A stretch of 60,258 bases of DNA from Gemmatimonadales bacterium (lineage in GTDB: Bacteria; Gemmatimonadota; Gemmatimonadetes; Gemmatimonadales; GWC2-71-9): assembly GCA_036558345.1 (NCBI GenBank), contig DATBFV010000215.1, positions 1-60,258 of the forward strand, written 5' to 3'. The position numbers were made by a program, and so were the translations under genes. The notes under the pieces were generated by a model. It worked only from the letters and a program-made list of their open reading frames with translations, did no database searches and was not told the DNA's origin. Positions 26,775 through 34,679 of the stretch are shown piece by piece; the stretch's first letter is position 1, and each line of letters opens with the position of its first letter.

Positions 26775-28645
26775 GGCGGCTGTGGCCTCTCGTGCTGGTG
26801 CTGGGTGCGGCATGCCAAACGGAGTCGCGCCGCCTTCTCGTCCTTGACCTCACGCTCGCCGATCCGCTGGCACTCGAGACCACGGCCGCGCCGTGGCACG
26901 CCGCCGGATATCGCGTCGAGTACCGCCGTTTTTATCCGCACCTCACCCGCCTGGACTTGACGCGCTATCGGACCGTGTTAGTGCTGGGCGGTCGCGAGCC
27001 GGAGCGTCCCTCAGATGCGTTGACGATCGGCGACCTGTCGATTCTCACCGAATGGCTCCATCGCGATGGCGTTGTCGTGCTCGGCTACACCGATGGCGAT
27101 GGCGGTCTCGACCGCTGGGTGATGAACCAGTGGCTGGCCTCCCAGGGGGCAGGGATCACGATTGGAACGCAGTCCCTGAACGCACCGGCCACACCCTTGC
27201 CGCATTCGGCGCTGGACAATGCGGGGTTCGAGCCCTTTCTCGCGGGCCGGAACCGCGTCCTCCAGGTTCGAGATCGCAATCAAACGCTCGCGCGCGCCGG
27301 GGGTGATGCGCTGGTCGCCGCGAGTCGCGTCGACGAGGGTTTGATTCTCGTCGCCAGTCGCAGCCTGCTGAGCTCAATCGATGCACACACTCGTACGCAC
27401 GACTTCCTCGTGGCCCTGGCGCGATGGACGCGTCGCCCGGCGGAGTGGGCGACCATCGGCGCCGCAGCTCATGCGGTGCCGCTGCGCCTGGCGAATGCGC
27501 CGCAACACGTGGCGGTCCATCCACCGCAGCTCGCGCCTCCGACCGGGTCGGTGCCGATACTGCTTCCCGAGCCGGTCGGGGTGGGGGCGGGGGTGGGGGG
27601 CACCATTGTTGCCCCGAACTGGATCGCCCGACAAGGAATGCGCGTGCTCTGGAGCCGATTCGCACTGTATTCGCTCGATTCACTGCTCAGCTTCGTGGAC
27701 GTCGCTGCGCTCAACGCGCTCGCGACCAAGATCCCCGAGGCGGCGCTTGCCGACACGCTCAATACGCGCAACCTGTGGAAAGTGGCGGGCGATCGCCTGC
27801 AGGCGACCAGCGTGCATTGGTTCCCCGCGGCCGCGCTGGCTGCATTACCACCGGAGGTTGGGCCGTCGACGCAGTCCCTATTTCGCCGACTGCGTGGCTC
27901 CGTAATTCCAACCTTGGGCCGCTACGACGAAGTCAACCGGCATGGCGAGCTGATGCCGATCGCCTGCGGTCTCGATTCGCTTTACTGGCGCAGTGCATTG
28001 CGGCCTGCCTACCGCATGCTCTCGCACCTCGGTGGCCCGCGACCCGCGCCGGATGTTTTGACCGGCGTGGCGCTCGATCTCGACAGCGCGATGATGATGT
28101 ATCAGGGCAGCGGCTTTTGCGACGCGGACTACCGCGCCGGTCTCACGGCCCTGGGGCTCGACTCCGCCGTGGTGAATGGTCTGTTGGCCCTGCCTCCGCC
28201 GGTCCGTTACGACACCCTGCTCGAACACGGTTGGCTGGGCGCGTATTTCGCCGCGCTCGAAGCCGCGGTGGCCGAGCGCGCCGTCGCGTTGCGTGCCGAG
28301 ATGCGGCGGCTGCGTCCCGATCTCCGCTTCGCGTTTCGTGCGACCACCGCCCCGGCTGACTGGTTCTCGCTCGGCCTGCTTCGCGGATTGTCGAGTCCGG
28401 ATGCTCCTGTATTACTCTGGCTCCGAGAGATTCCGACGAGTGATCCGCGGACGCTGCTGCACCGCTACCAGGAGCGTGGCATTTCCGCGCTCTCGGCTCT
28501 GGGGCTCGACCCCCAAGGCGACAGTTTTGCACCGGCGCGGTTGCCGCGATTGCGACTCGCGGTCTTCAGCGAGCACGCGGGCTTCTGGCTCGATGGTGCC
28601 GCGACTGACAGTCTGGGACGCCTGCTCCGCCGCCTCACGAAGTAA
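26771..28645 (+). CDS. large hypothetical lipoprotein (624 aa)
   Basis: MRRLWPLVLVLGAAC (lipobox). No family recognised. GTGA overlap with the dmpA-like stop. Confidence 0.65.
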   Translation: MRRLWPLVLVLGAACQTESRRLLVLDLTLADPLALETTAAPWHAAGYRVEYRRFYPHLTRLDLTRYRTVLVLGGREPERPSDALTIGDLSILTEWLHRDGVVVLGYTDGDGGLDRWVMNQWLASQGAGITIGTQSLNAPATPLPHSALDNAGFEPFLAGRNRVLQVRDRNQTLARAGGDALVAASRVDEGLILVASRSLLSSIDAHTRTHDFLVALARWTRRPAEWATIGAAAHAVPLRLANAPQHVAVHPPQLAPPTGSVPILLPEPVGVGAGVGGTIVAPNWIARQGMRVLWSRFALYSLDSLLSFVDVAALNALATKIPEAALADTLNTRNLWKVAGDRLQATSVHWFPAAALAALPPEVGPSTQSLFRRLRGSVIPTLGRYDEVNRHGELMPIACGLDSLYWRSALRPAYRMLSHLGGPRPAPDVLTGVALDLDSAMMMYQGSGFCDADYRAGLTALGLDSAVVNGLLALPPPVRYDTLLEHGWLGAYFAALEAAVAERAVALRAEMRRLRPDLRFAFRATTAPADWFSLGLLRGLSSPDAPVLLWLREIPTSDPRTLLHRYQERGISALSALGLDPQGDSFAPARLPRLRLAVFSEHAGFWLDGAATDSLGRLLRRLTK

Positions 28646-28648
28646 GGC

Positions 28649-28678
28649 TTGCCCGGGGGGGGCGGCGTCCGGTAAGTT
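28649..28678 (+). promoter_or_regulatory. candidate promoter of rnpB
   Basis: TTGCCC (28649-28654), an 18-nt spacer, then TAAGTT (28673-28678). This places a start 7-9 nt downstream, at the predicted P1 5' end (28687). Confidence 0.3.
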
Positions 28679-28686
28679 CTCCACCT

Positions 28687-29061
28687 GGAAGTGGTGGGGC
28701 CGATGGTCGCGGGTGGCCGGCTGAAGGGGCCATTCGAGGAAAGTCCGAGCTCCACAGGGCAGACCGCCAGGTAACACCTGGGCGCCGTGAGGCGACGGAA
28801 CAGGGCCACAGAGAACAGACCGCCCTTGTATCCAAAGGGTAAGGGTGAAACGGTGGGGTAAGAGCCCACCGCGCGTTCGGCAACGGACGCGGCACGGCAA
28901 CCCCCGGTCGGAGCAAGGCCAAATAAGCAGCGAGACCCGGCCCGGGTCGCTCGAGCTGCGGGTAGGCCGCACGAGATGACTGGCGACAGCCATCCCAGAG
29001 AGATGACCATCTGCTCGTACGAACGAGTAAACAGAACTCGGCTTATGGTCTCACCACTTCC
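28687..29061 (+). ncRNA. rnpB: RNase P RNA, bacterial type A
   Basis: Universally conserved blocks are GAGGAAAGUCCGAGCUCCACAGGGCAG, GGUAACACCUGGG, GGGUGAAACGGUGGGGUAAGAGCCCACC, CAAGGCCAAAUAAG, AGAUGACCAUC and ACAGAACUCGGCUUAU. The P1 stem GGAAGUGGUG (28687-) pairs with CACCACUUCC (-29061). Ends are accurate to within a few nt. Confidence 0.95.
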
Positions 29062-29067
29062 ACTCCT

Positions 29068-29271
29068 GTGACCGGCAGGCCGTCCACACCGTATCCTCCC
29101 CATTGGGAGAACGTTGCTGATCTCCGTGTCTTCCGCACCACTCCCTCGGAGTGGGAGAAGCTCATCGGCTGGCGGACCGACATGCTCAAACGGGGATGGA
29201 AACTCCTCAAGGTGATGAGCGAGGATGCCGAGGTCGTCGCCATCTTCGGACGGACCAAGACCAAGGAATAG
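29068..29271 (+). CDS. small hypothetical protein (67 aa)
   Basis: ...WEKLIGWRTDMLKRGWKLLKVMSEDAEVVAIFGRTKTKE looks like a real globular sequence, possibly DUF4177-like (weak). GTG start lies 6 nt after rnpB with no SD. It is 3 nt from the next gene. Confidence 0.45.
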   Translation: MTGRPSTPYPPHWENVADLRVFRTTPSEWEKLIGWRTDMLKRGWKLLKVMSEDAEVVAIFGRTKTKE

Positions 29272-29274
29272 CCG

Positions 29275-30159
29275 ATGCGTCGCTCTCTGTTCGTCGCCGC
29301 GGTATGCGTGGCCGTGAGCTGCTCGCCAAGACATCCCGCATCGGGCCCCACGCCGGCCATTCCCTCGGGGGCGCCTTCGCCCCCGCCCCCGGCCCCGCCC
29401 GCGCCGCCTCCGTCCCCGCAGCAGGTCGTCCGACTCGGACCCAACACGCTGCGCTATGTGATGCATCAGGTCATCCACATCGATCAGGAATTTCAGGGAA
29501 TGCACCAGCCGCTCGATTTCGGGTTGCGAGCGTTTTTCGCGGCCACGATCATCGGGCCGGCTGATTCGACCGGCTACCCGACGACCATTACCATCGACTC
29601 CATCGTTCCCGACTCAGGCACGACCGCGCCGATGGGCATCAACCTGAGCACCGCGAAGGGACTGTCGTACAGCGGGCGACTGACGCCGCGGGGAGCGTTT
29701 CACTATCAGCTCGCCTCGGACAGCGCGGCCGCCGAGTCGTTGACGCCGGTGGTTGGGTCGTTCAAGAATTTCTTCCCGCGCCTGCCCCCCAACGGCGCGG
29801 CGCTCGGCGCGACCTGGACGGACACGTTGACCGACAACGACCGTGCAGCCGGCAGCGTCACCGTAACCAGCGTCACCAAAGCCCACGCCGCCGCGTGGGA
29901 GGAGCGCAATGCCGCCCGCGCGCTGCGCATCGATATTACTTCCGAGTTCACGATCAAGGGCAGCGGACAGCAGGCCGGCCAGCCATTCGACGTCGCCGGA
30001 AATGGCCTGCACAGCGGGGTGGACTATGTCGCCGTGGACGGACGCTATCTTGGCGGTGAGTCGCGCGATTCGACATCGATGACGATCACGCTAACCGTCC
30101 AGGCCATGACGATCCCGCGGACGCAGGTGTCGAAGACGACGGTGACTGTATTGCCGTGA
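29275..30159 (+). CDS. hypothetical lipoprotein with Pro-rich linker
   Basis: MRRSLFVAAVCVAVSC (lipobox), then PSGAPSPPPPAPPAPPPSP, then a beta-rich domain. Confidence 0.65.
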   Translation: MRRSLFVAAVCVAVSCSPRHPASGPTPAIPSGAPSPPPPAPPAPPPSPQQVVRLGPNTLRYVMHQVIHIDQEFQGMHQPLDFGLRAFFAATIIGPADSTGYPTTITIDSIVPDSGTTAPMGINLSTAKGLSYSGRLTPRGAFHYQLASDSAAAESLTPVVGSFKNFFPRLPPNGAALGATWTDTLTDNDRAAGSVTVTSVTKAHAAAWEERNAARALRIDITSEFTIKGSGQQAGQPFDVAGNGLHSGVDYVAVDGRYLGGESRDSTSMTITLTVQAMTIPRTQVSKTTVTVLP

Positions 30160-30995
30160 CGCTCGCCCGAATCACCGGGCCTCTGCTGTTGGCGGTTGTG
30201 TCGTTCGTACGAACGGCCGTCGGTCAGTCAGTCGCTCCCAACCGCGCCACCGAGTATCTGTTTCCTACCGACGTGCGCGATGCGCGCGCGATTTGGGTCA
30301 ACCCCGCCGGTCTCGCCATCGCCCGTGAAGCGTCGATCTACGCAGAAGTAGGCATCGGGGAACCGGGCGAAAGCGGGCGGCTCCGCCAGATCAATGCCGG
30401 CTTCAACTCACGCGGCCTCTCGCTGGGCTACCAACGCGACATTTTCGACGATGGCGTGCGCGGCACGACGCTGCGCTTGGGACTGGCCGGCGGAACAGGT
30501 GGGTTCGCCGCCGGCTTCGATGTCGCGCGCTATTCAGGCAGCGGCGCCAACGCGACCGGTTGGGATATCGGCGCTTCGTACGCGCCGAGTCCCGCGTTCA
30601 ATTTTGGCCTCGTGTCGGCCAACATCGGCCAGCCGGTGGTCCGAGGCCTCAAGCAGCGCCTCACTTTCATCCCCGGTCTTACGTGGCGGATTGGTCCTGT
30701 CCCCACTCTCGCCTTCTCGGCGGACGCGCGTATCACGCCCGATTCGGTGGAGTCCATGGCGTTTGGCTTGACGTGGCGGACGAACAGCAGCAGCGCCAAG
30801 TGGCCCATTGAGGTCATCGGACGCATCGATACGGACAACCAGTTCCGGCGCGGCGCCCTGGCGCTGGGCTTTTCGATCGGCGGGCAGAACCGGATCGGCG
30901 CCATCGCCTCTTCGCCGGGCGATGCGTCGCAGATCGACTACTCGAGTATCTACGGGCTGCTGACGCGCACACTATCGACGACGGGACGACGCTAG
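30156..30995 (+). CDS. putative outer-membrane beta-barrel protein
   Basis: Signal peptide ending in VGQ. Alternating-hydrophobic strands include GFDVARYSG, GWDIGASYA, FNFGLVSANI, LAFSADARI, MAFGLTWRT and ALALGFSIG. GTGA overlap with the upstream gene. There is no terminal aromatic residue. Confidence 0.55.
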   Translation: MTLARITGPLLLAVVSFVRTAVGQSVAPNRATEYLFPTDVRDARAIWVNPAGLAIAREASIYAEVGIGEPGESGRLRQINAGFNSRGLSLGYQRDIFDDGVRGTTLRLGLAGGTGGFAAGFDVARYSGSGANATGWDIGASYAPSPAFNFGLVSANIGQPVVRGLKQRLTFIPGLTWRIGPVPTLAFSADARITPDSVESMAFGLTWRTNSSSAKWPIEVIGRIDTDNQFRRGALALGFSIGGQNRIGAIASSPGDASQIDYSSIYGLLTRTLSTTGRR

Positions 30996-32473
30996 CCGCG
31001 CCGGGTCTTGCTCCGTGTGCGAGTCTTGGGCGGCGCGGCCGGCCGGGGTGGGGCGGGAGGAGGGGCGGGTCGCACCGTGCGCGACTTTGCCGCCGGCGCT
31101 TGAGGCGGCTCCTTATTGAGCTGTGATCTGATCTCCACCATGTCGCGGAACGACAAGCTGCGGTACACGGTGTCCGCGATCGCTCCGGCATGCCTGCTGT
31201 GAATCACCAGCCGAAACGCCAGACCCCCATGAAGAATGAGATCCATGTCCCGCCGCACACTATCGCGCGCGTAGGATCGCACGTTATGAGGCGTGAGGAT
31301 GACGGTGCGGTGCCGCGTGAGCAACAGCAGCGTGGTGTCCTCCTGGCCCGCCGGGCGATACGCGAACAGGCCTAGATCGCCGGGGAGGAGCGCGCGCCGC
31401 GCGCGTAGCATGCGGCCCACGCTGTCGGGGAGGGGGGCGTGGGCGGCAACACGGGGCGGCTTGCTGAACACATAGTACGCCACGAGAGCGGCCCCGGCTG
31501 CGGCTGCGATCGAGAGCAGGCACCCCGCGACGCTCAGCCCAACCAGTGAACGGTAGAACATCGATCGCAGGCGGCGGCGCAGCGGGATGTGCACGCGATC
31601 CCGCGCCGCGGTCGGTAGGGCGCCCACCAGTGCCCGGCTGACTTCGCTCGCCATCTGAAATCGCTTGGCGCGCTTCTTGTCCATCATCCGCTCCAACACC
31701 ACGGCCATCTCTTCGGGGACGTCGGGCCGCAGGCGGCGAATGGGCGCGGGCGGTTCGGTGAGCACTTGGGCGAGAATCGCGGCGGACGATGGACCCTGGA
31801 AGGGCGGCGCGCCCGCGAGCATCTGATAGAGCACGACGCCCAGAGAATAGATGTCCGAGCGTCCGTCGAGCGGGTCACCGGCGGCCTGCTCGGGACTCAT
31901 GTATTCCGGCGTCCCGACTACGGTGCCCTCGCCCGTGAGGGTGGATCCGCTGCTCTTCTTCTCTTTGGCAGCCTGCGCAGCCTTGGCGATGCCGAAGTCC
32001 GTCACCAGCACGTGGCCGCTTTTGTCGAGCAGGATGTTGTCGGGCTTGATGTCGCGATGCACGATCTCGTGGCTGTGTGCATACGCGAGCGCGTCCGCCA
32101 CTTGCCGAGTGATCCGCGCCGCGTCGCCGATGGGCAGTCGCTTTTGCGTCTCGAGGAGCTGGCCCAGCGACGGCCCGTCGATGCACCGCATGATGAGGTA
32201 AAAGATTTCTTCCTGCCGGCCGACCTTATAGATCGGGACGATGTGCGGGTGCTCGAGGCGCGCGACGGTCTGCGCTTCGCGCATGAAGCGCTCGGCCACT
32301 ACTGCCGAAGGCGCCATCTCGACGTCGAGCACCTTCACCGCGACGTCGCGATTGAGCACGTTGTCGCGCGCGCGAAAGACTGCGGCGAAGCCCCCCTGAC
32401 CCAGCAGGGCGCCAACGGTAAATTCCGAGCCGAGCGCTAGTTGCAAGCGCTTCCGGAGGTCTTCGAGGTCCAT
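30992..32473 (-). CDS. transmembrane Ser/Thr protein kinase with unknown extracytoplasmic C-domain
   Basis: GQGGFAAVF, VAVKVL, HRDIKPDNI, DFGIA and MSPEQ. It has one TM (LVGLSVAGCLLSIAAAAGAALVAYYVF) and a Pro/Lys/Arg-rich tail. Confidence 0.9.
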   Translation of the reverse strand: MDLEDLRKRLQLALGSEFTVGALLGQGGFAAVFRARDNVLNRDVAVKVLDVEMAPSAVVAERFMREAQTVARLEHPHIVPIYKVGRQEEIFYLIMRCIDGPSLGQLLETQKRLPIGDAARITRQVADALAYAHSHEIVHRDIKPDNILLDKSGHVLVTDFGIAKAAQAAKEKKSSGSTLTGEGTVVGTPEYMSPEQAAGDPLDGRSDIYSLGVVLYQMLAGAPPFQGPSSAAILAQVLTEPPAPIRRLRPDVPEEMAVVLERMMDKKRAKRFQMASEVSRALVGALPTAARDRVHIPLRRRLRSMFYRSLVGLSVAGCLLSIAAAAGAALVAYYVFSKPPRVAAHAPLPDSVGRMLRARRALLPGDLGLFAYRPAGQEDTTLLLLTRHRTVILTPHNVRSYARDSVRRDMDLILHGGLAFRLVIHSRHAGAIADTVYRSLSFRDMVEIRSQLNKEPPQAPAAKSRTVRPAPPPAPPRPAAPPKTRTRSKTRRG

Positions 32474-33344
32474 GGCGGAGCAACAAGCTAGGATTGTGCG
32501 ACGCGTTGTGCCAGTCGTGATCGCACTTGTTTGCGTGTGGCTGTTTGGTGTGTGGCCGCCACCGATCTGGTGGCGCGATCATGAGCCGCGCTGCACGGCC
32601 ATGATGCGGTTACGGGCGGACGTGCCGACCTGCCCACGTGGATCACACAGCGGCACGACTGCACGTCGGCACGAAGATGCGCCATTGCTGGAGCGAATGG
32701 TGATTATCGCGGAGGATTCGCGCTTCAAGACGCACCACGGAATCGATTTCATCGAATTGCGCGACGCGTGGGCCGCCGGCGGCCATCGCGGCGCGAGCAC
32801 GATCACGCAACAGCTCGCGAAGAACCTCTACCTCTCGCCGTCACGCTCGATTTTCAGAAAGATGAAGGAGGCCGTCACCGCGCTGCGGCTCGAGCTCGCG
32901 CTGCCGAAAGAGCGGATCATGGAGTTGTACCTCGGGACCGCGGAGCTGGGGCCTGGGGTGTGGGGAATGGCTGCAGCGAGTAAAGCGTATTTCGGTGTGT
33001 CGCCATCGCAGCTCAGCGCAGCGCAGGCCGCTGCGTTAGCCGCCACGCTTCCTCAACCTCGAACCTCGAATCCCACGTTCCGTCCCGCTCGCATGCTCGC
33101 GCGGAGGGATTTGATTCTGGCGCGCTATTACGGTGGTAAGACGCCCGTGCCCCATGTGGACGAGGATTCGATACCGGAAATTCCGCAGATCGAACCACCG
33201 ATACTTCCGCCGATAGACACGGTGGTGGTTCCAGATACCACACGGGACCATCCCGATCAGGGTGGCCCCGTTGACTCAACACAGAATCCCGCGGTGCGCC
33301 TGTGGCCTAGTAGTGGTCCGCGCTTTTCAGTCTACAAGCCGTAG
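32472..33344 (+). CDS. mtgA: monofunctional peptidoglycan glycosyltransferase (GT51)
   Basis: EDSRFKTHHGID, GASTITQQLAKN and RKMKEAV, with an N-terminal TM anchor. Confidence 0.88.
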   Translation: MAEQQARIVRRVVPVVIALVCVWLFGVWPPPIWWRDHEPRCTAMMRLRADVPTCPRGSHSGTTARRHEDAPLLERMVIIAEDSRFKTHHGIDFIELRDAWAAGGHRGASTITQQLAKNLYLSPSRSIFRKMKEAVTALRLELALPKERIMELYLGTAELGPGVWGMAAASKAYFGVSPSQLSAAQAAALAATLPQPRTSNPTFRPARMLARRDLILARYYGGKTPVPHVDEDSIPEIPQIEPPILPPIDTVVVPDTTRDHPDQGGPVDSTQNPAVRLWPSSGPRFSVYKP

Positions 33345-34439
33345 CGGCATCACGAGTGCCATATACGAGGCCGGGTCGTTCCAGCCGACCGGCTCGATCG
33401 TCGCCGCGCGCTCGGGGGCCTTGAACGTGAGGCGCACTTCGTCGGTCGGCATGTACTTCAGAATCTCGAGCAGGTACATCGCGTTGAAACCGATCTCGAG
33501 CGGCTCCCCTTCGTAGGTGACCGCGAGCTCGTCCTGCGCTTCGCCCAAGTCCGGCGTCTGCACCGAGAACTTCACGTTGCCGCCCGAGAAGGCGAGACGG
33601 ATCCGATGCGTCTGGTCGCTCGCGACGACGCTCATGCGGCGTAGCGCGGCAGCCATCGCCATTTTGTCGACCGTGGCGTGCTTGTCGTTCTCGCGCGGGA
33701 TCACCTGCTCGTAGTTCGGATACGGCCCCTCGATCAAGCGCGAGAAGACGAGGGTGCCGCCGGTGCGGAAGCCGATGTGGTTGTCGCTCTTGGCGAGCTC
33801 GATCTCGGCATCGCCCGCATAGAGCCGGCGGATTTGCTCGAGTGCCTTGGGCGGAACGATGAGGTCGGCAGTGGATCCACCGGTCGCGGGCACGTCCATC
33901 TTGGCGAGCCGATGGCCATTCGTCGCCACCATCCGCATCCGGTCGGGCCGCAGCTCCCACAGCACGCCGTTCAGGATGGGGCGGCTTTCTTCCGTAGACG
34001 CGGCGAACGCCACATGGCCCACGAGCTTGTGCACTACGCCGGCGGCCGCCTTCCACGCCTTGTCGAATTTCACCGCAGGGAACGAGGGGAACTCTTCGCG
34101 CGGCAGGCCCAGCAACTTGAACTTCGACCGGCCCGACTCGATCGAGACTCGCGCCTCACCGGCCGCCGTCACACGCACAGGACCCGAAGGCAGCTCGCGG
34201 GCGATGTCGACCAGTTTCTTGGCTGGCAATGTCACCGCACCATCGGCGTCCACCTCGGCGGGCACCGTGGTGCTCACCGCAATGTCGAGGTCGGTCCCGG
34301 AGAGCCTGAGACCTCCCGTTTGTTTCGAAGCCTCGACTAGGACATTCGCCAGGACGGGCAAGGTCGTCTTGGCGGGAATCGCCGCCGCGACCGCGACCAG
34401 GCCTTCCTGCAGTTGTTCTCGTGTGATCGTGAACTTCAT
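33327..34439 (-). CDS. dnaN: DNA polymerase III beta sliding clamp
   Basis: 370 aa starting MKFTITREQLQEGL...LPVLANVLVEA, with three-domain periodicity. It lies directly downstream of dnaA. Confidence 0.97.
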   Translation of the reverse strand: MKFTITREQLQEGLVAVAAAIPAKTTLPVLANVLVEASKQTGGLRLSGTDLDIAVSTTVPAEVDADGAVTLPAKKLVDIARELPSGPVRVTAAGEARVSIESGRSKFKLLGLPREEFPSFPAVKFDKAWKAAAGVVHKLVGHVAFAASTEESRPILNGVLWELRPDRMRMVATNGHRLAKMDVPATGGSTADLIVPPKALEQIRRLYAGDAEIELAKSDNHIGFRTGGTLVFSRLIEGPYPNYEQVIPRENDKHATVDKMAMAAALRRMSVVASDQTHRIRLAFSGGNVKFSVQTPDLGEAQDELAVTYEGEPLEIGFNAMYLLEILKYMPTDEVRLTFKAPERAATIEPVGWNDPASYMALVMPLRLVD

Positions 34440-34679
34440 GCCGGGCGCTTCGTCTCCAAATGAGGAAAGTCTTTACTACTACTTCTCTATATAGAACTAC
34501 TAGTAGTAGTAGCAGATACCGGGGATATGTGGGCGATATCGCTAAAACGCAACCAGTGAATCACCTGTCGTGCGTCACATCATGTTGGTGCACTGTTGGC
34601 ACTGTTGGTGCTTTGCGGAAATGTGTGCCGCTATCCCCACAACCCACATCCCATGCGTTTTCCCACGCCGTTTTGTTGG
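34440..34679. other. candidate oriC / DNA-unwinding module in the dnaA-dnaN spacer
   Basis: The most AT-rich stretch seen in the window is 34470-34512 (about 30% GC by hand count). It carries (TAG)4 at 34501-34512, the opposing TTACTACTACTT at 34473-34484, a TATATA core and the 12-bp palindrome ACTACTAGTAGT at 34496-34507. Degenerate DnaA-box-like CCCACA motifs flank it. See finding. Confidence 0.5.

Noticed and set aside
28412-29505. Minus-strand ORFs of 193 aa and 346 aa covering 28412-29505.
   Set aside because: They overlap the RNase P RNA gene and the plus-strand cassette. The region is explained by rnpB conserved blocks and P1 pairing.
34581-34609. Short tandem repeats here, and heptads at 53142-53164 and 56294-56316, considered as a CRISPR array or minisatellite.
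   Set aside because: The units are only 7-10 bp with 3 copies and no spacers. No cas genes are present, so this is not a CRISPR array.
34597-34612. Sigma-54-like TGGCAC-N5-GTGCT on the plus strand in the dnaA-dnaN spacer.
   Set aside because: It points into the antisense of dnaA with no plus-strand gene downstream, and the -12 element is off-consensus. It is more likely a by-product of the tandem CACTGTTGG repeats.
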